Shown one piece after another: positions 1 through 10,575 of a stretch of 64,000 nt of DNA. Both the position numbers and the translations under genes were made by a program. The DNA comes from Terriglobia bacterium (lineage in GTDB: Bacteria > Acidobacteriota > Terriglobia > 20CM-2-55-15): assembly GCA_965198225.1 (NCBI GenBank), contig CBDAOY010000008.1, positions 288,001-352,000 on the forward strand. Reading direction: 5' to 3'. Position 1 is the stretch's first letter; every line of letters begins with the position of its first letter. Below the pieces are notes generated by a model, which was not told the origin of the DNA, searched no databases, and was given only the letters and a program-made list of their open reading frames with translations.

Positions 1-120
1 TCCATGGCAGCTTACCCGTTACTGATGGATACGCAATGGGCGGGTCGTTTCTTTCTGCGCTTTGAGATTTTTCGTTTTCTGGGGATCGCGGGCCTCGAAC
101 GCATCAGTAATAATGGATAT

Positions 121-735
121 ATGGCCCTCACCCGGATCGTCGCCGTCCGGCACGGCGAGACAGAGTGGAACACTCAGGGACGTTTTCAGGGACACCTGGA
201 CAGCCCGCTGACCGAGCGGGGATGGAATCAGGCCCAGGCCCTTGCCGAGCGTCTCAATCAGGAGACATTCCAGGTCGTCTACAGCAGCGACCTCGAGCGG
301 GCTCGACTGACCGCAACGTGCGTCGCCAACCGGTGCGGCCACAGAGTCGTCTTGGACGATCGTCTGCGGGAGCGGCACTACGGAGTTTTCCAGGGCCTGC
401 GGATGCAGGAGATCGCGGACCAACACGCCGACGCATACCTGAATTATCTGGAGGGGGATCCGGACTACGCGATCCCCGGCGGCGAGAGCCAGCGTCAGAG
501 GTTCCTCCGACACATCGGCTGCTTGAACGAACTGGTGGCCCGCCATCGAGGCCAGACTCTTCTGGTCGTCGTCCACGGTGGTGTGCTCGACAGCCTGTAT
601 CGCAGTGCCACCGGCATGGGGCTGGAACTACCGCGTGAGGATCCGATACCCAACGCCGGTCTCAATGTGTTCGCCCGCGACGACCTCGTCTGGAGGATGG
701 AGATCTGGGCCGACGTAGCGCATCTGGCATCGTGA
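121..735 (+). CDS. Histidine phosphatase (phosphoglycerate mutase-like) family protein
   Basis: RHGETEWN motif, LRERHYG and VVVHGGV; ATG at 121 preferred over the ORF-track start at 4. Confidence 0.9.
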   Translation: MALTRIVAVRHGETEWNTQGRFQGHLDSPLTERGWNQAQALAERLNQETFQVVYSSDLERARLTATCVANRCGHRVVLDDRLRERHYGVFQGLRMQEIADQHADAYLNYLEGDPDYAIPGGESQRQRFLRHIGCLNELVARHRGQTLLVVVHGGVLDSLYRSATGMGLELPREDPIPNAGLNVFARDDLVWRMEIWADVAHLAS

Positions 736-896
736 CTCCCACTTTTTCCTAGTTCCGAAAAAAAACGAAAATTTTGCGGCCAAAACGCGACCCTTGCATC
801 CGGAAAGAATCGGTTCTAAAGGGGTAAAAACCATAAAACCCAGTGGAAAACATGAGGGAAGGGGTAGGAAACAGCTTAAGAAGCGGTAAAAATCTC

Positions 897-926
897 TTGA
901 CAATCATGCCGTCCTGGCATTGAAAT
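897..926 (+). promoter_or_regulatory. Putative sigma70 promoter of the HTH-pil operon
   Basis: Perfect TTGACA at 897-902; weak -10 (TGAAAT) 18 nt downstream, in an AT-rich intergenic region. Confidence 0.45.
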
Positions 927-955
927 AGGGCATCCCCGGGAGATCTAGAGGTCAA

Positions 956-1183
956 ATGGAACGTTTGAAAGAAGTTATGACTCTGCGGGAGGCTTCGCAG
1001 TATCTGGGCATCTCACCCGATACGCTTTACAAGTATCTGGGCGAGGACAAGATTCCCGCGTTCAAGCTTGGAAACCGGTGGCGCTTCAAGAAGGACCTGC
1101 TCGACCGGTGGATGGAAAAGAAGAGCGAACGCGGAGCGAACTCTCAAAGCAGACGAGGGAAAAAGATCAGGACTACGAGCTGA
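956..1183 (+). CDS. Excisionase-like helix-turn-helix DNA-binding protein (HTH_17/MerR-like)
   Basis: MTLREASQYLGISPDTLYKY...IPAFKLGNRWRFKKDLLDRW pattern; GAGG SD. Confidence 0.88.
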   Translation: MERLKEVMTLREASQYLGISPDTLYKYLGEDKIPAFKLGNRWRFKKDLLDRWMEKKSERGANSQSRRGKKIRTTS

Positions 1184-1210
1184 TCCAACCGGTCAAGAGG
1201 CGGTAGAGGT

Positions 1211-2257
1211 ATGCTTTTTAGCAGGAACAAGCCGCTTGTCGGGTTGGATGTCGGTTCCAGCTCGATAAAAGCGGTAGAACTGGTCAAATCCAAGAGCGGC
1301 TACGAAATCGTCGGCTTCGGCCGTCAGGCGCTGGCGGCGGACACTGTCGTCGACGGTGCCATCACCGATGCCAGCTCGGTCTCGGAAGGGATCAAGGCCC
1401 TCTTCACGAGTGGCAAGTTCAAGGCCAAGGCCGTGGCCACAAGCGTGTCCGGGCATTCGGTCATCGTCAAGAGGGTGGTCCTGCCCGTCAACAGTCCAGA
1501 TGAGGTTGCGTCGTCGATCGAGTTTGACGCCGACCAGTACATTCCTTTCGAGATTTCCGAAGTCAATCTGGATTATGAAGTGATCGGTCCGTCCGAATCA
1601 GATGACGGCGGGCTCGAGGTCCTGCTCGTCGCCGCCAAGAAGGACCAGATCCAGAACAACACCGAAGTGATCACGATGGCCGGTCGCGTACCGCAAGTGG
1701 TGGACATCGACGCCTTCGCGATTCAGAACGCTTTCGAGGTCAACTACGCTCCGGACCCCGATGCCACGATCGCCCTGCTGAACGTTGGCGCGTCGCTGAC
1801 CAACATCAACATCGCGAAGGCCGGAATGCCGCTCTTCATCCGGGACGTGTCGGTCGGCGGCGACCAGTACACCGACATTCTGCAGAAGGAACTCCAGCTC
1901 TCGCTCGAGGAGGCGCAGGATCTCAAGTTCGGCAAACAGGTCGGGATGTACGACGCGGAGATGGTACAGCCGTTGCTCGACTCCATCACCGATATGTTGA
2001 CGATGGAAGTGCAGAAGACATTCGATTTCTTCAAGGAGACGTTCCCGGAAGAGTCGATCTCTGCGATTTACCTGAGCGGGGGCGCCGCGCGGGCAACCGG
2101 TTTGACCGAGAAGATTCAGATGGCCTTCGGCTTCCCGACCGAAGTGATGGATCCGCTGAAGACCGTCAAGGTGGGCTCGAAAGTCGATTCGGGGAGCGTG
2201 CAGGGACCGGCCCTGGCCGTTGCGATCGGGCTGGCGCTGAGAGGGTTTGACGAATGA
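1211..2257 (+). CDS. pilM: Type IV pilus assembly protein PilM
   Basis: Actin-like GLDVGSSSIKAVEL, LSGGAA, C-terminal AVAIGLALR; operon position. Confidence 0.95.
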   Translation: MLFSRNKPLVGLDVGSSSIKAVELVKSKSGYEIVGFGRQALAADTVVDGAITDASSVSEGIKALFTSGKFKAKAVATSVSGHSVIVKRVVLPVNSPDEVASSIEFDADQYIPFEISEVNLDYEVIGPSESDDGGLEVLLVAAKKDQIQNNTEVITMAGRVPQVVDIDAFAIQNAFEVNYAPDPDATIALLNVGASLTNINIAKAGMPLFIRDVSVGGDQYTDILQKELQLSLEEAQDLKFGKQVGMYDAEMVQPLLDSITDMLTMEVQKTFDFFKETFPEESISAIYLSGGAARATGLTEKIQMAFGFPTEVMDPLKTVKVGSKVDSGSVQGPALAVAIGLALRGFDE

Positions 2258-2568
2258 TTCGAGTGAACCTAATCGGGGGACCGAAGAAGGCTGCCGCTGC
2301 TAAGAGCGGTATCAGCCTGCAGGTACCGACCGCCATATTGCCACTCGTGTGGGTGGGGCTGGTGGTCGGGGCGACGCTGTACCGAGCAGGGACCGGCCCT
2401 GGCCGTTGCGATCGGGCTGGCGCTGAGAGGGTTTGACGAATGATTCGAGTGAACCTAATCGGGGGACCGAAGAAGGCTGCCGCTGCTAAGAGCGGTATCA
2501 GCCTGCAGGTACCGACCGCCATATTGCCACTCGTGTGGGTGGGGCTGGTGGTCGGGGCGACGCTGTAC
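2200..2568. repeat. 183-bp perfect tandem duplication (2200-2382 / 2386-2568) of the pilM end and pilN start
   Basis: Identical copies, period 186, junction CGA; creates the spurious 60-aa ORF 2254-2436. Confidence 0.95.
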
Positions 2569-3093
2569 GGCTACTCCTGGTATTCGGATCTGGTCGGCCA
2601 GCAGGAGCAGCTCGGCAGCCAGATCTCCGCCGCCCAGGCCCAGATTGCCCAGCTGCAGTCGGTTATCGATGCGGATGCCCTCTACGAGCAGCGGAAGCAG
2701 ATGCTCGAGGACCGCATCGCGGCGATCGAGGACTTGCAGCGAAACCAGATGAGCCCCGTCGTTACGCTCGACATCTTGAGCCAGGCGATTTCCCCGACCG
2801 AGTACGTCTGGCTGAACCAGCTCGGGCAGAACGAGAGCCAGGTGACCATGTCGGGCGTCGGAACCTCGCTGAATGCTATTGCCGATTTCGAGACGAGTCT
2901 GGAAGACACCGGCTATTTCCGGAACATCGTTCTCGCCAACGCGCAGGACTCGCAGGGCCTGTTCACCTTTTCGATGAGCTGTGAGTTTACTCCACCACTC
3001 CTCGACGAGGATGAGGAATCGGAGAACGAGGAAGATTCCGGGGACGAAGCCTCGGACGGAGCCGACGAACCGTCGGAGGGCGCCGGCGGGTAG
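2440..3093 (+). CDS. pilN: Type IV pilus assembly protein PilN
   Basis: N-terminal IRVNL motif, TM helix, coiled coil, VWL ferredoxin-like PilN domain, acidic tail. Confidence 0.92.
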   Translation: MIRVNLIGGPKKAAAAKSGISLQVPTAILPLVWVGLVVGATLYGYSWYSDLVGQQEQLGSQISAAQAQIAQLQSVIDADALYEQRKQMLEDRIAAIEDLQRNQMSPVVTLDILSQAISPTEYVWLNQLGQNESQVTMSGVGTSLNAIADFETSLEDTGYFRNIVLANAQDSQGLFTFSMSCEFTPPLLDEDEESENEEDSGDEASDGADEPSEGAGG

Positions 3094-3101
3094 GACAGAC
3101 G

Positions 3102-3693
3102 ATGGCTATTGAATTCAGCGCTTTTCAAAGGTTGGCCTGGTACTACCAGGCGCTGATCGTGGTCGTGCTCGCCGGTGGTGGCCTGGCCCTGTTCTGGTAC
3201 ATGTATCTGATCCCGATCCAGACCGATATCGACGGGAAAGAAAGCCAGCTCGTGGACCTGACGCAGCAGGTTGCCACGGCCGTTCAGCGCCAACAGGTCC
3301 TCGCGCAGATCAAGGCCGAATCTGTCGAATTGCAGGCCCGTCTGGACGAGCTCAAGAGCGTCCTGCCGCTGGAGAGAGAGACCGACATCATCCTCCGCCA
3401 GGTCGAACAGGCGGCGAGGGACTCCTCGCTGCGGATCCTGCAGTTTGACCCCCGGCAGATGATCGACCAGGAGGTCTATTCGGAGTGGCCAATCGACATG
3501 CAGGTCGAAGCGACTTACCACAACATGGCGCTGTTTCTTGATCGTATTCGGCAGTTACCGCGAATCGTAAACATCACAGGTCTGCAGATGAGTTCGGGCG
3601 GAGACGGTGTGACGACAACGATTTCGGTGAGCTTCAGCGCGACGACTTTTGTGTACCGGGAGGAGGATCCCCCCCCCCCCCCCGGGGATGTGA
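3102..3693 (+). CDS. pilO: Type IV pilus assembly protein PilO (as sequenced it reads through a C15 tract into pilP, ORF 3102-4205)
   Basis: TM helix plus coiled coil, YHNMALFLDRIRQLPRIVNI and ATTFVY motifs; removing one C puts TGA 3691-3693 in frame. Confidence 0.85.
3669..3683 (+). repeat. C15 homopolymer at the pilO/pilP junction
   Basis: GAT-C15-GGGG-ATG-TGA read directly from the sequence. Confidence 0.9.
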
Positions 3694-3701
3694 TCGGGAT
3701 C

Positions 3702-4205
3702 ATGAGGTATACGCGGATACTGCTGTTGGTTCTGCTCGGCGTTGGGGCAACACGGGTACCGGGGATTGCTCTCGTCACGCCCCTCGAGCAACAGGAGGGC
3801 GAAGAGCAGGCACGTCCGGCACTCGCGATTCCGCCGGGGTATCTGTACGAACCCGGCGGACGCCGGGACCCGTTTGTCGATCCCGTTCCCGAGCCGGTCG
3901 TCGTGGTCACGGGCCCGGTGATACCTGCGGTGCGTCCGCCGGGGCTTCCCGGCGTGTTGCTGAACGAGATTCAGATTGTGGGGGTCGTGATATCCGCCCA
4001 GGAGGTCTCGATGAATACCGTCGTGATCATCGCGCCGGGCAACCGGACATTTTTCGGCAAACCGGGTGACGACATGTTGGACGTGGTGATCAAGGAGATC
4101 CGGGCCGACGAGGTCGTGTTCGAAATAAAGCCCATCGAGGGGCGCCCGGAACCGGAGGAACCAGAGCAAGTCGTGCGACGCCTTAGCACGACGCCAGGAG
4201 AATGA
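3702..4205 (+). CDS. pilP: PilP-like pilus assembly protein
   Basis: Own ATG and signal peptide (MRYTRILLLVLLGV), YEPGGRRDPF motif, beta domain; lies between pilO and pilQ. Confidence 0.75.
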   Translation: MRYTRILLLVLLGVGATRVPGIALVTPLEQQEGEEQARPALAIPPGYLYEPGGRRDPFVDPVPEPVVVVTGPVIPAVRPPGLPGVLLNEIQIVGVVISAQEVSMNTVVIIAPGNRTFFGKPGDDMLDVVIKEIRADEVVFEIKPIEGRPEPEEPEQVVRRLSTTPGE

Positions 4206-6544
4206 TTGATGACTGTGCTCGCTAAAACAACCATGGCCGTCGGTGCTTTGTTCCTGCTGGCGACAGTGGCCGTCGGTGCTGCGGATGAAGCCGTAGCTGT
4301 CGAGGGTTTGGCCGTGGATACAGATGGGGAAGTGGTCGAGTTCACGATCACGTCGACCGAGTGGGTTCGGTACACGTATTTCGAGCTCGAAGGGCCACGT
4401 GTTGTCGTCGACTTCCACAACGCCGAGAATCGACTCGGGTTCTGGAGGAGGACGATCGAAGAAGGGCTGGTCGAGAAGGTCCGGGCAGCGTCCTTTGTCG
4501 ATGATAGCCGCGATGCCACGCGAGTCGTGTTCCACCTGACGGAGGCGACTCCGTACGAAGTCGTCGATGAAGGCGACGGGACCGTCCGTGTCCGATTCGG
4601 CATCGATCCGGCTGCGGCTGAGGACGGCGACCAGGAGGTCGGGAACGGCGGCCAAGAAGTCGACCAAAGGATGGACGAAGCCGATCTGGCGGGGATCGAA
4701 GAAGAAACGATACCGGTGGACGCATCCTCCGAGGCCGACTGGAACGTCGGTATCGGCGACCAGGAGGTCGGGATCGTCGCCCCAGCGGATGGCCTCTTCG
4801 ATGACGCGATCGAGGAGATCGATGACGCGGTCGAGGAGACGGCAAGATCGGAGTCCCCGAAGCCTCTTCCTTACGTCGAGAACGGGTCCGGGTTCACCCC
4901 CAGCGCGGAACTGGTGAAGGAATGGGTCCCCGATTTCGACATGGTGGATTCCGAATCAGCGGGGGTTCCGGACGACGCTCCGGCAACGGTTGAGCCACCC
5001 TCGGCCGAGAGTCTGTCGTACTTCCGATCATTGAAGAAGCGGTTGATCCGGCCCCCTCCGCCCTCGTTCGGAACACGAACAGCGTCCTTGAGCGCGTTCC
5101 CGAGGTGCCGGAGCCCACAGCGGTACCCGAGACTGTTGTCCCAACTCCGGTGCTGGAAGAGACGACCTTTCTCGGGCAGGTAGTCACTCCGATCCCGACC
5201 CCACAGTACACCGGCGAGATCATCACGCTGGACCTGAAGGAGGTGGATCTGAGGGACTTCTTCAGGCTGATCGGAGAGATCAGCGGTTTGAACGTCGTCC
5301 TCGATCCGACGGTCGCCGGTACTTTGACTCTTCTGCTCAGAGACGTACCCTGGGATCAGGCCCTGGACGTCGTCCTGCGGAACAACGCGCTCGGTTACGA
5401 ACTTCAGGGCAACGTCCTGCGTGTGGCGACACAGGCCACCCTGCAGGCCGAGGAAGACGCCCGGGCTGCTCTGCGCGATGCGCAGGAATTGAATGCGGAC
5501 CTTGTGACGCGGACCCTTATCCTTAGCTACACGCAGGCGACTGACGTATCGGTGACGATCCAGGACCTGCTCTCTGACCGCGGCACGATCATCACCGATG
5601 GCCGGCGGAACGCCCTGATCGTCAGTGATGTGCCCACGCGTTTCGGCCAGGTGGACTCGCTGGTGAGCTTTCTCGATACCCCTTCGCAGCAGGTGGAGAT
5701 CGAAGCCCGGCTGCTTTCGGCCAACAAGTCATTCTCGCGAGAGCTGGGCTCGCAGATCGGGCTCCTGATCGGAAACAACAGCCAGAACGTCTTTGGCGGA
5801 GTTCCGGGGCTCACCAGCCCGGTTGTCCGCGCGCCGGTGACAGCTTTGGGACCCAGCCTGCCGTTGGTTGCCGATTTCGGGGCATCGGCGACATCCGGGT
5901 TTTCCTACCTGCTCGGTGCCGGTGGCGATATCCTGCTCGACACGATCATCTCGGCCGCCGAGGCCAACGGAACGGCAAAACTTCTTTCTCGCCCCAGAGT
6001 TACGACGCAGAACAACCAGGCCGCCACGGTGTCCCAGGGAACCCAGATTCCGGTTCAGACGAACGTCAACAACACGATCACCACTCAGTTTCTCCCCTTC
6101 ACGCTTAGCTTGAGCGTGACGCCGCAGATCACCGAGGCCGGGACGATCCTGCTGAGCGCTACGATCGAAAACAGCAGTCCCGACTTCGCCCGCGCTGTCA
6201 ACGGTACTCCGTCCGTGTCGACACAGCAGGCCCAGACTTCGGTATTGATACCCGACGGCGGAACAGCCGTAGTGGGCGGAATCCTGATCGACAACGATTC
6301 GATCAACGTGCGCCAGGTGCCCGGTCTCGGTAACATCCCGGTGCTCGGCCACCTGTTCAAGAATACTCAGGTCATTAAGAGTACGAGCGAACTGCTGTTC
6401 TTCATCACGGCCCGGATCAAGCCCGCGAATCCACTGGAATTCGTGCCGACGTCGCAGGAACCCGACGAGGAGGGCGCGACAGGTCCGGTGCCGCCCGAAG
6501 GCATTCAGGAGGAGATGCAGCGTGGTCCCGGGCGCTTTTTTTAA
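4206..6544 (+). pseudogene. pilQ: Type IV pilus secretin PilQ (AMIN, acidic linker, secretin), split by a frameshift near 5007-5011; probably intact in vivo
   Basis: AMIN (PRVVVDF, TRVVF) in ORF 4206-5183; YTGEIITLDLKEVDLRDFF...VPWDQALD...QVEIEAR...ELLFFIT in ORF 5105-6544; removing 2 nt at GAGAG joins the two frames. Confidence 0.88.
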
Positions 6545-6549
6545 ACGCT

Positions 6550-6697
6550 TGATCTTCTGGTTTGAGAATAGTTCTTTGAGTTTGGTGGGATCAAGCGTGC
6601 CCTCAGCCCTCAGCGTTCAGCCTTCAGCTACTTCGGAAACGGGACGACAGTCCCATCCGACTGAGCTGAGAGCCGATAGCTGACAGCTGATCGCCTA
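6550..6697. repeat. Dispersed intergenic repeat D (other copy 34917-35024) carrying TCAGCC-type heptamers
   Basis: Shared blocks GGTTTGAGAAT..GGGATCAAGCGTGC..GCGTTCAGCCT..ACGGGACGACAGTC.CATCCGA.TGA. Confidence 0.8.
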
Positions 6698-6705
6698 TCT
6701 TAAAG

Positions 6706-7083
6706 ATGAGTAACGCTCTGTTCCGCGAGATTTCCGAAAGGGTGCGGAACAAGATCTCCGGGTTTCAGGCCCTCGCCCTGGTAAGCGTCGACGGCAACAT
6801 CGTTGATCAGGTGGCCGTGGATCCGGTCGTGGACGCTGAAGCGCTGGCGGAGTATGCGACGCTTCTTCGGATTGCCGACCACACTGCCGAGGACACCGGG
6901 ACCGGGGAACTGTCCGAGACGGCCTGGGTCGCGGATCGCAGCCTCGTACTGACCCGACGCATCTCTCCGGACAATTTCCTGATCCTTGTGGCGGATCCCG
7001 ACACTCAGACGGGCCAGGCTCGCTATGTACTCCGTCAGGCGGCATGGCGGTTGCGTCCCGCAGTGGAGGAAACGGAGCGCTAG
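6706..7083 (+). CDS. Roadblock/LC7 (MglB-like) domain protein
   Basis: 125 aa; ALALVSVDG..., [13 protein letters not shown] pattern; position between pilQ and accB. Confidence 0.7.
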   Translation: MSNALFREISERVRNKISGFQALALVSVDGNIVDQVAVDPVVDAEALAEYATLLRIADHTAEDTGTGELSETAWVADRSLVLTRRISPDNFLILVADPDTQTGQARYVLRQAAWRLRPAVEETER

Positions 7084-7136
7084 CTAGCACCCCGACGGGG
7101 AGAAGTGCCCGACGATGTTATACTTGTGCGGCTAAC

Positions 7137-7595
7137 ATGAATCAGAAAGACCTGAAAGAACTGATCGAACTGTTCTCATCAAAGGAGGGCATCGAAGAGC
7201 TTGAGGTCGAACGCTCCGGAGTGCGGCTGAAGATCCGTCGTGCGTCGAATCACGCGTCGATGGCCAGCATCGAGCAAGCGTCTCCTGGAGAACGCCCAGT
7301 CGAAGCGATCGCGCCGCCCCCCGTACCAGCTCAGATTCCAGCCGAAAGCAGCGGTCTCTCTTATGTGACTTCACCCATCGTGGGAACGTTCTATCGCGCC
7401 CCGAGTCCGGATGCAGATCCGTTCGTGACTGTCGGTGACTTCGTCGAGAAGGGTAGCGTGGTGTGCATCGTCGAAGCGATGAAGCTCATGAACGAAATCG
7501 AATCTGAAGTCGCAGGCGAAATCGTCAGCATCTCCGTCGAAAACGGCCAACCGGTCGAGTACGGCGAGCGGTTGTTTGCCATCCGCGAGCGCTAG
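7137..7595 (+). CDS. accB: Acetyl-CoA carboxylase biotin carboxyl carrier protein
   Basis: [22 protein letters not shown] biotinylation motif; extended -10 TGtTATACT at 7116-7124. Confidence 0.97.
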   Translation: MNQKDLKELIELFSSKEGIEELEVERSGVRLKIRRASNHASMASIEQASPGERPVEAIAPPPVPAQIPAESSGLSYVTSPIVGTFYRAPSPDADPFVTVGDFVEKGSVVCIVEAMKLMNEIESEVAGEIVSISVENGQPVEYGERLFAIRER

Positions 7596-7622
7596 CGACC
7601 TCGGACCGTTCCCACTAACCAA

Positions 7623-8987
7623 ATGTTCAGAAGAGTGCTCATCGCGAATCGGGGGGAGATTGCACTCCGCGTGATGTTTGCCTGCAAGGAACTGGGTATT
7701 CAGACCGTCGCGGTTTTTTCCCAAGCGGACCGCGACGCTCTCCATGTCCGATTCGCGGACGAGGCGATCTGTATCGGTCCAGCTCGAAGCACAGACAGCT
7801 ACCTGAACATACCCGGGGTGATCAGCGCGGCCGAGATTGCCAATGCCGACGCGATCCACCCCGGATACGGCTTCCTTTCCGAGAGCGCCTATTTCGCGGA
7901 GGTTTGTGAAGAGTGTGGAATCAAGTTCATCGGACCCTCCGCTGACAGCATCCGTTTGATGGGCGACAAGGCCCGGGCCCGGAATGAGATGGTCCGCGTG
8001 GGTCTACCGATCCTTCCCGGTAGTTCCAATCCCGTCGACGAGCCGGACGAGGCGCTCGAAGCGGCCGAAGAGATCGGCTACCCACTGATCATCAAAGCAG
8101 CCGCTGGCGGCGGGGGGCGCGGGATGCGGGTCGTCGGCAATCGTGAGGAATTGCCGGCGGCGCTCGGGACCGCGCGGGCCGAGGCTGCCGCGGCTTTCGG
8201 CGACTCCCATTGCTACCTGGAGAAGTTCATCGAGAACGCCCGGCATATCGAGTTCCAGGTTCTGGCCGACGATTTCGGTAATGCAATCCACCTCGGCGAA
8301 CGCGAGTGTTCGATCCAGCGTCGGCATCAGAAACTCATCGAGGAGGCGCCGTCGGTGATCATGACCGATGAGTTGCGCCGTCGGGTCGGCGATGAGGTCG
8401 TCGCGGCCGTCAAGGAGCTCGGGTACACAAACGCCGGAACATTCGAGTTTCTCGTCGATGAGAGCAACCGCTTCTTCTTCATGGAGATGAACACGAGGAT
8501 TCAGGTCGAGCACGGAGTTACTGAGATCCTGACCGGCATCGACCTGCTGCGGGACCAGATCCTCGTCGCAGCGGGCGAGGAGATGCCCCATCGCCAGGAG
8601 GACGTTCATTTCAGGGGGCACGCCGTTGAGTGCAGGGTGAACGCCGAAGATCCTTTCACCCACAGGCCCTCGCCGGGCAAGATCACGTCGTGGCACCCCC
8701 CGGGCGGTCCGGGCGTTAGAGTGGACACAGCCGCATATGCCGAGTATGAGATCCCTCCCTACTACGATTCATTGATCGCCAAGGTCATCTCGCACGGTGC
8801 GAACCGGGAAGAGACCCTCCGGCGGATGGAACGCGCTCTCCGGACGTTCATCATCGAAGGGGTGAAGACGACAATCCCGATGCATCTGGAGATCTTGACC
8901 AATGACCAGTTCCGAGCCGGAGACATTTCGACACGATTCCTCGAAGACCTGCTCGAGCCGAAGCCCCGGATGGCCGCACCGGTATGA
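7623..8987 (+). CDS. accC: Acetyl-CoA carboxylase biotin carboxylase
   Basis: [47 protein letters not shown]. Confidence 0.98.
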   Translation: MFRRVLIANRGEIALRVMFACKELGIQTVAVFSQADRDALHVRFADEAICIGPARSTDSYLNIPGVISAAEIANADAIHPGYGFLSESAYFAEVCEECGIKFIGPSADSIRLMGDKARARNEMVRVGLPILPGSSNPVDEPDEALEAAEEIGYPLIIKAAAGGGGRGMRVVGNREELPAALGTARAEAAAAFGDSHCYLEKFIENARHIEFQVLADDFGNAIHLGERECSIQRRHQKLIEEAPSVIMTDELRRRVGDEVVAAVKELGYTNAGTFEFLVDESNRFFFMEMNTRIQVEHGVTEILTGIDLLRDQILVAAGEEMPHRQEDVHFRGHAVECRVNAEDPFTHRPSPGKITSWHPPGGPGVRVDTAAYAEYEIPPYYDSLIAKVISHGANREETLRRMERALRTFIIEGVKTTIPMHLEILTNDQFRAGDISTRFLEDLLEPKPRMAAPV

Positions 8988-9604
8988 CGGCGGTCCCGCG
9001 TCTGTATGCGATCGCGGACGCATCTTTTGGTGACCCAGTCGCCATCGCTGCGCGTCTATTCGCTGCCGGAGCCGAACTGGTTCAGGTGCGTAACAAGAAC
9101 GCCTTTTCCGGCGTCCTGCATGCACAGGCCGCGGCCATCGTAGCCGAAGCGCCCGCCGCCGCCCGAGTCATAGTAAACGACAGGGTGGATGTGGCGCGTC
9201 TGGTCGGAGCGGCCGGAGCGCACGTGGGGCAGGAAGATCTGCCTGCGGCCCACGCCAGGAGCATTCTCGGCTCGGACGCGGTTCTCGGGCTATCGACGCA
9301 CGACCTGGATCAGGCCTTGAGAGCCGACACGGAGGCAATCGACTATCTCGCCCTCGGACCGATTTTTCCGACGTCAACGAAGAAGGATGCCGAAGATGTT
9401 CTCGGACTCGAGGTCCTGGAGAGGGTCTGCGGGCTCGTCCGCAAGCCGGTCGTCGCAATCGGCGGCATCAACCTCGACAACGCGCCGGACGCGCTGGCTG
9501 CGGGAGCCAGTTCCGTTGCTGTGATTTCAGACCTTATCGCACACAACGATATCGAGACGAGGGCCCGGGAGTTCTTGAACAAATTGGACGCCACTCGCGT
9601 CTAA
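8984..9604 (+). CDS. thiE: Thiamine-phosphate synthase
   Basis: [33 protein letters not shown]. Confidence 0.95.
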   Translation: MTAVPRLYAIADASFGDPVAIAARLFAAGAELVQVRNKNAFSGVLHAQAAAIVAEAPAAARVIVNDRVDVARLVGAAGAHVGQEDLPAAHARSILGSDAVLGLSTHDLDQALRADTEAIDYLALGPIFPTSTKKDAEDVLGLEVLERVCGLVRKPVVAIGGINLDNAPDALAAGASSVAVISDLIAHNDIETRAREFLNKLDATRV

Positions 9605-9610
9605 TGAAGA

Positions 9611-9770
9611 CGTAGGCCGTTGTCCGTAGGCCGTATTCCGTTAAGAAGTGACGAGTGACAAGTGAGGGTCCCTATTGGTAATCCGTTGAGAAAGTGACAC
9701 GTAACGCGCGGCGAGAAGGAGTGGGAAGGGGTAACTGTGGTCGGTAACGGCCTACGGCCTACGGACAACG
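9611..9770. repeat. Inverted pair of degenerate heptamer tandem repeats (GGCCGTA/GTCCGTA ... TACGGCC)
   Basis: cgtaggccgttgtccgtaggccgt ... aacggcctacggcctacggacaacg; same family at 24485, 36595, 42108, 63228. Confidence 0.8.
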
Positions 9771-9841
9771 TTCCCGAACTGACAACTGAACGGTGTTCCC
9801 GTACACTGAACGGTTACGCTTGAAAGGGTGATGGTGGATTC

Positions 9842-10537
9842 TTGAGTGTCTCCGAACAGAAGGGTCTGGATGTCGAGATCGAGCCGACGACGTCTCTTTC
9901 GGTCGAGTTGTACCTGATCCGGACCCGGGCAAACCGGCACCTGCCCTACATTCCTCCGCGCGGGCTCAAGGCTTGCGAGGCGACAGAAGGAGATCACATC
10001 CGGGACTTCATCCGGAAGATGGTTCGCCATCGGAGCAGGGTCATCCGCTGGCTGGGTCGCGTGACCCGGACAGCACATCTTTATTACCAGAAACTCGAAG
10101 ACAAGATTGATCCGCTGGAACGAATGATCAAGGCGATCAATTGCCCCGATCAGCTGAAGATCCGGCATTCTCCGGACGCTCGGCCGGAGTCCGCTTTTCA
10201 TGCGTTGGTCCGCAAGCAGCAGGTCAAGCACCTCGTGTGGCTGCTCGTCGATGGTTCCATCACTCTCGTTGTCGTGATACTGACGCCCTTCTTTTTCTTC
10301 ATACCGGGTCCCAATGTGTTCTTCTACTATCCGGCCCTCCGCCTGGCCAGCCACTATCGCGCGATGACCGGCGCTCGCCGGGCGCTCGACCAGAATCTGC
10401 TCAGGTTTCATGAGTTGCCTGAACTGGCCGGTCTCGAAGACAATTTGCAGGCTGCCCGAGACAAGAGCGATATCGGCAGGGCGACCAGAGATGTCGAAAT
10501 CGAAGGTCTGGACAAATTCCTGGAGCGGATGGGCTAG
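9842..10537 (+). CDS. Membrane protein resembling the mitochondrial K+/H+ exchange-related (Mit_KHE1) family
   Basis: Hydrophobic hairpin then IPGPNVFFYYPALRLASHYRA; family call from recalled motif similarity; TTG start. Confidence 0.6.
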   Translation: MSVSEQKGLDVEIEPTTSLSVELYLIRTRANRHLPYIPPRGLKACEATEGDHIRDFIRKMVRHRSRVIRWLGRVTRTAHLYYQKLEDKIDPLERMIKAINCPDQLKIRHSPDARPESAFHALVRKQQVKHLVWLLVDGSITLVVVILTPFFFFIPGPNVFFYYPALRLASHYRAMTGARRALDQNLLRFHELPELAGLEDNLQAARDKSDIGRATRDVEIEGLDKFLERMG

Positions 10538-10575
10538 CAGCCCGCGGCTGCCAGCATCCCGATTGGAGATAGCAA

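Noticed and set aside
915-930. Sigma54 promoter (TGGCAT...) for the pil operon
   Set aside because: The -12 position reads TAGG rather than TTGC; a sigma70 TTGACA explains the site better.
2254-2436. 60-aa ORF as an independent gene
   Set aside because: It is the duplicated pilN start running into the out-of-frame pilM end.
4625-4773. 20-bp direct repeat (GDQEVG twice) in the pilQ linker
   Set aside because: In-frame internal repeat of a low-complexity linker; unremarkable.
8900-8990. TPP riboswitch before thiE
   Set aside because: thiE overlaps the accC stop, leaving no leader, and no CTGAGA..CCTGA core is present.
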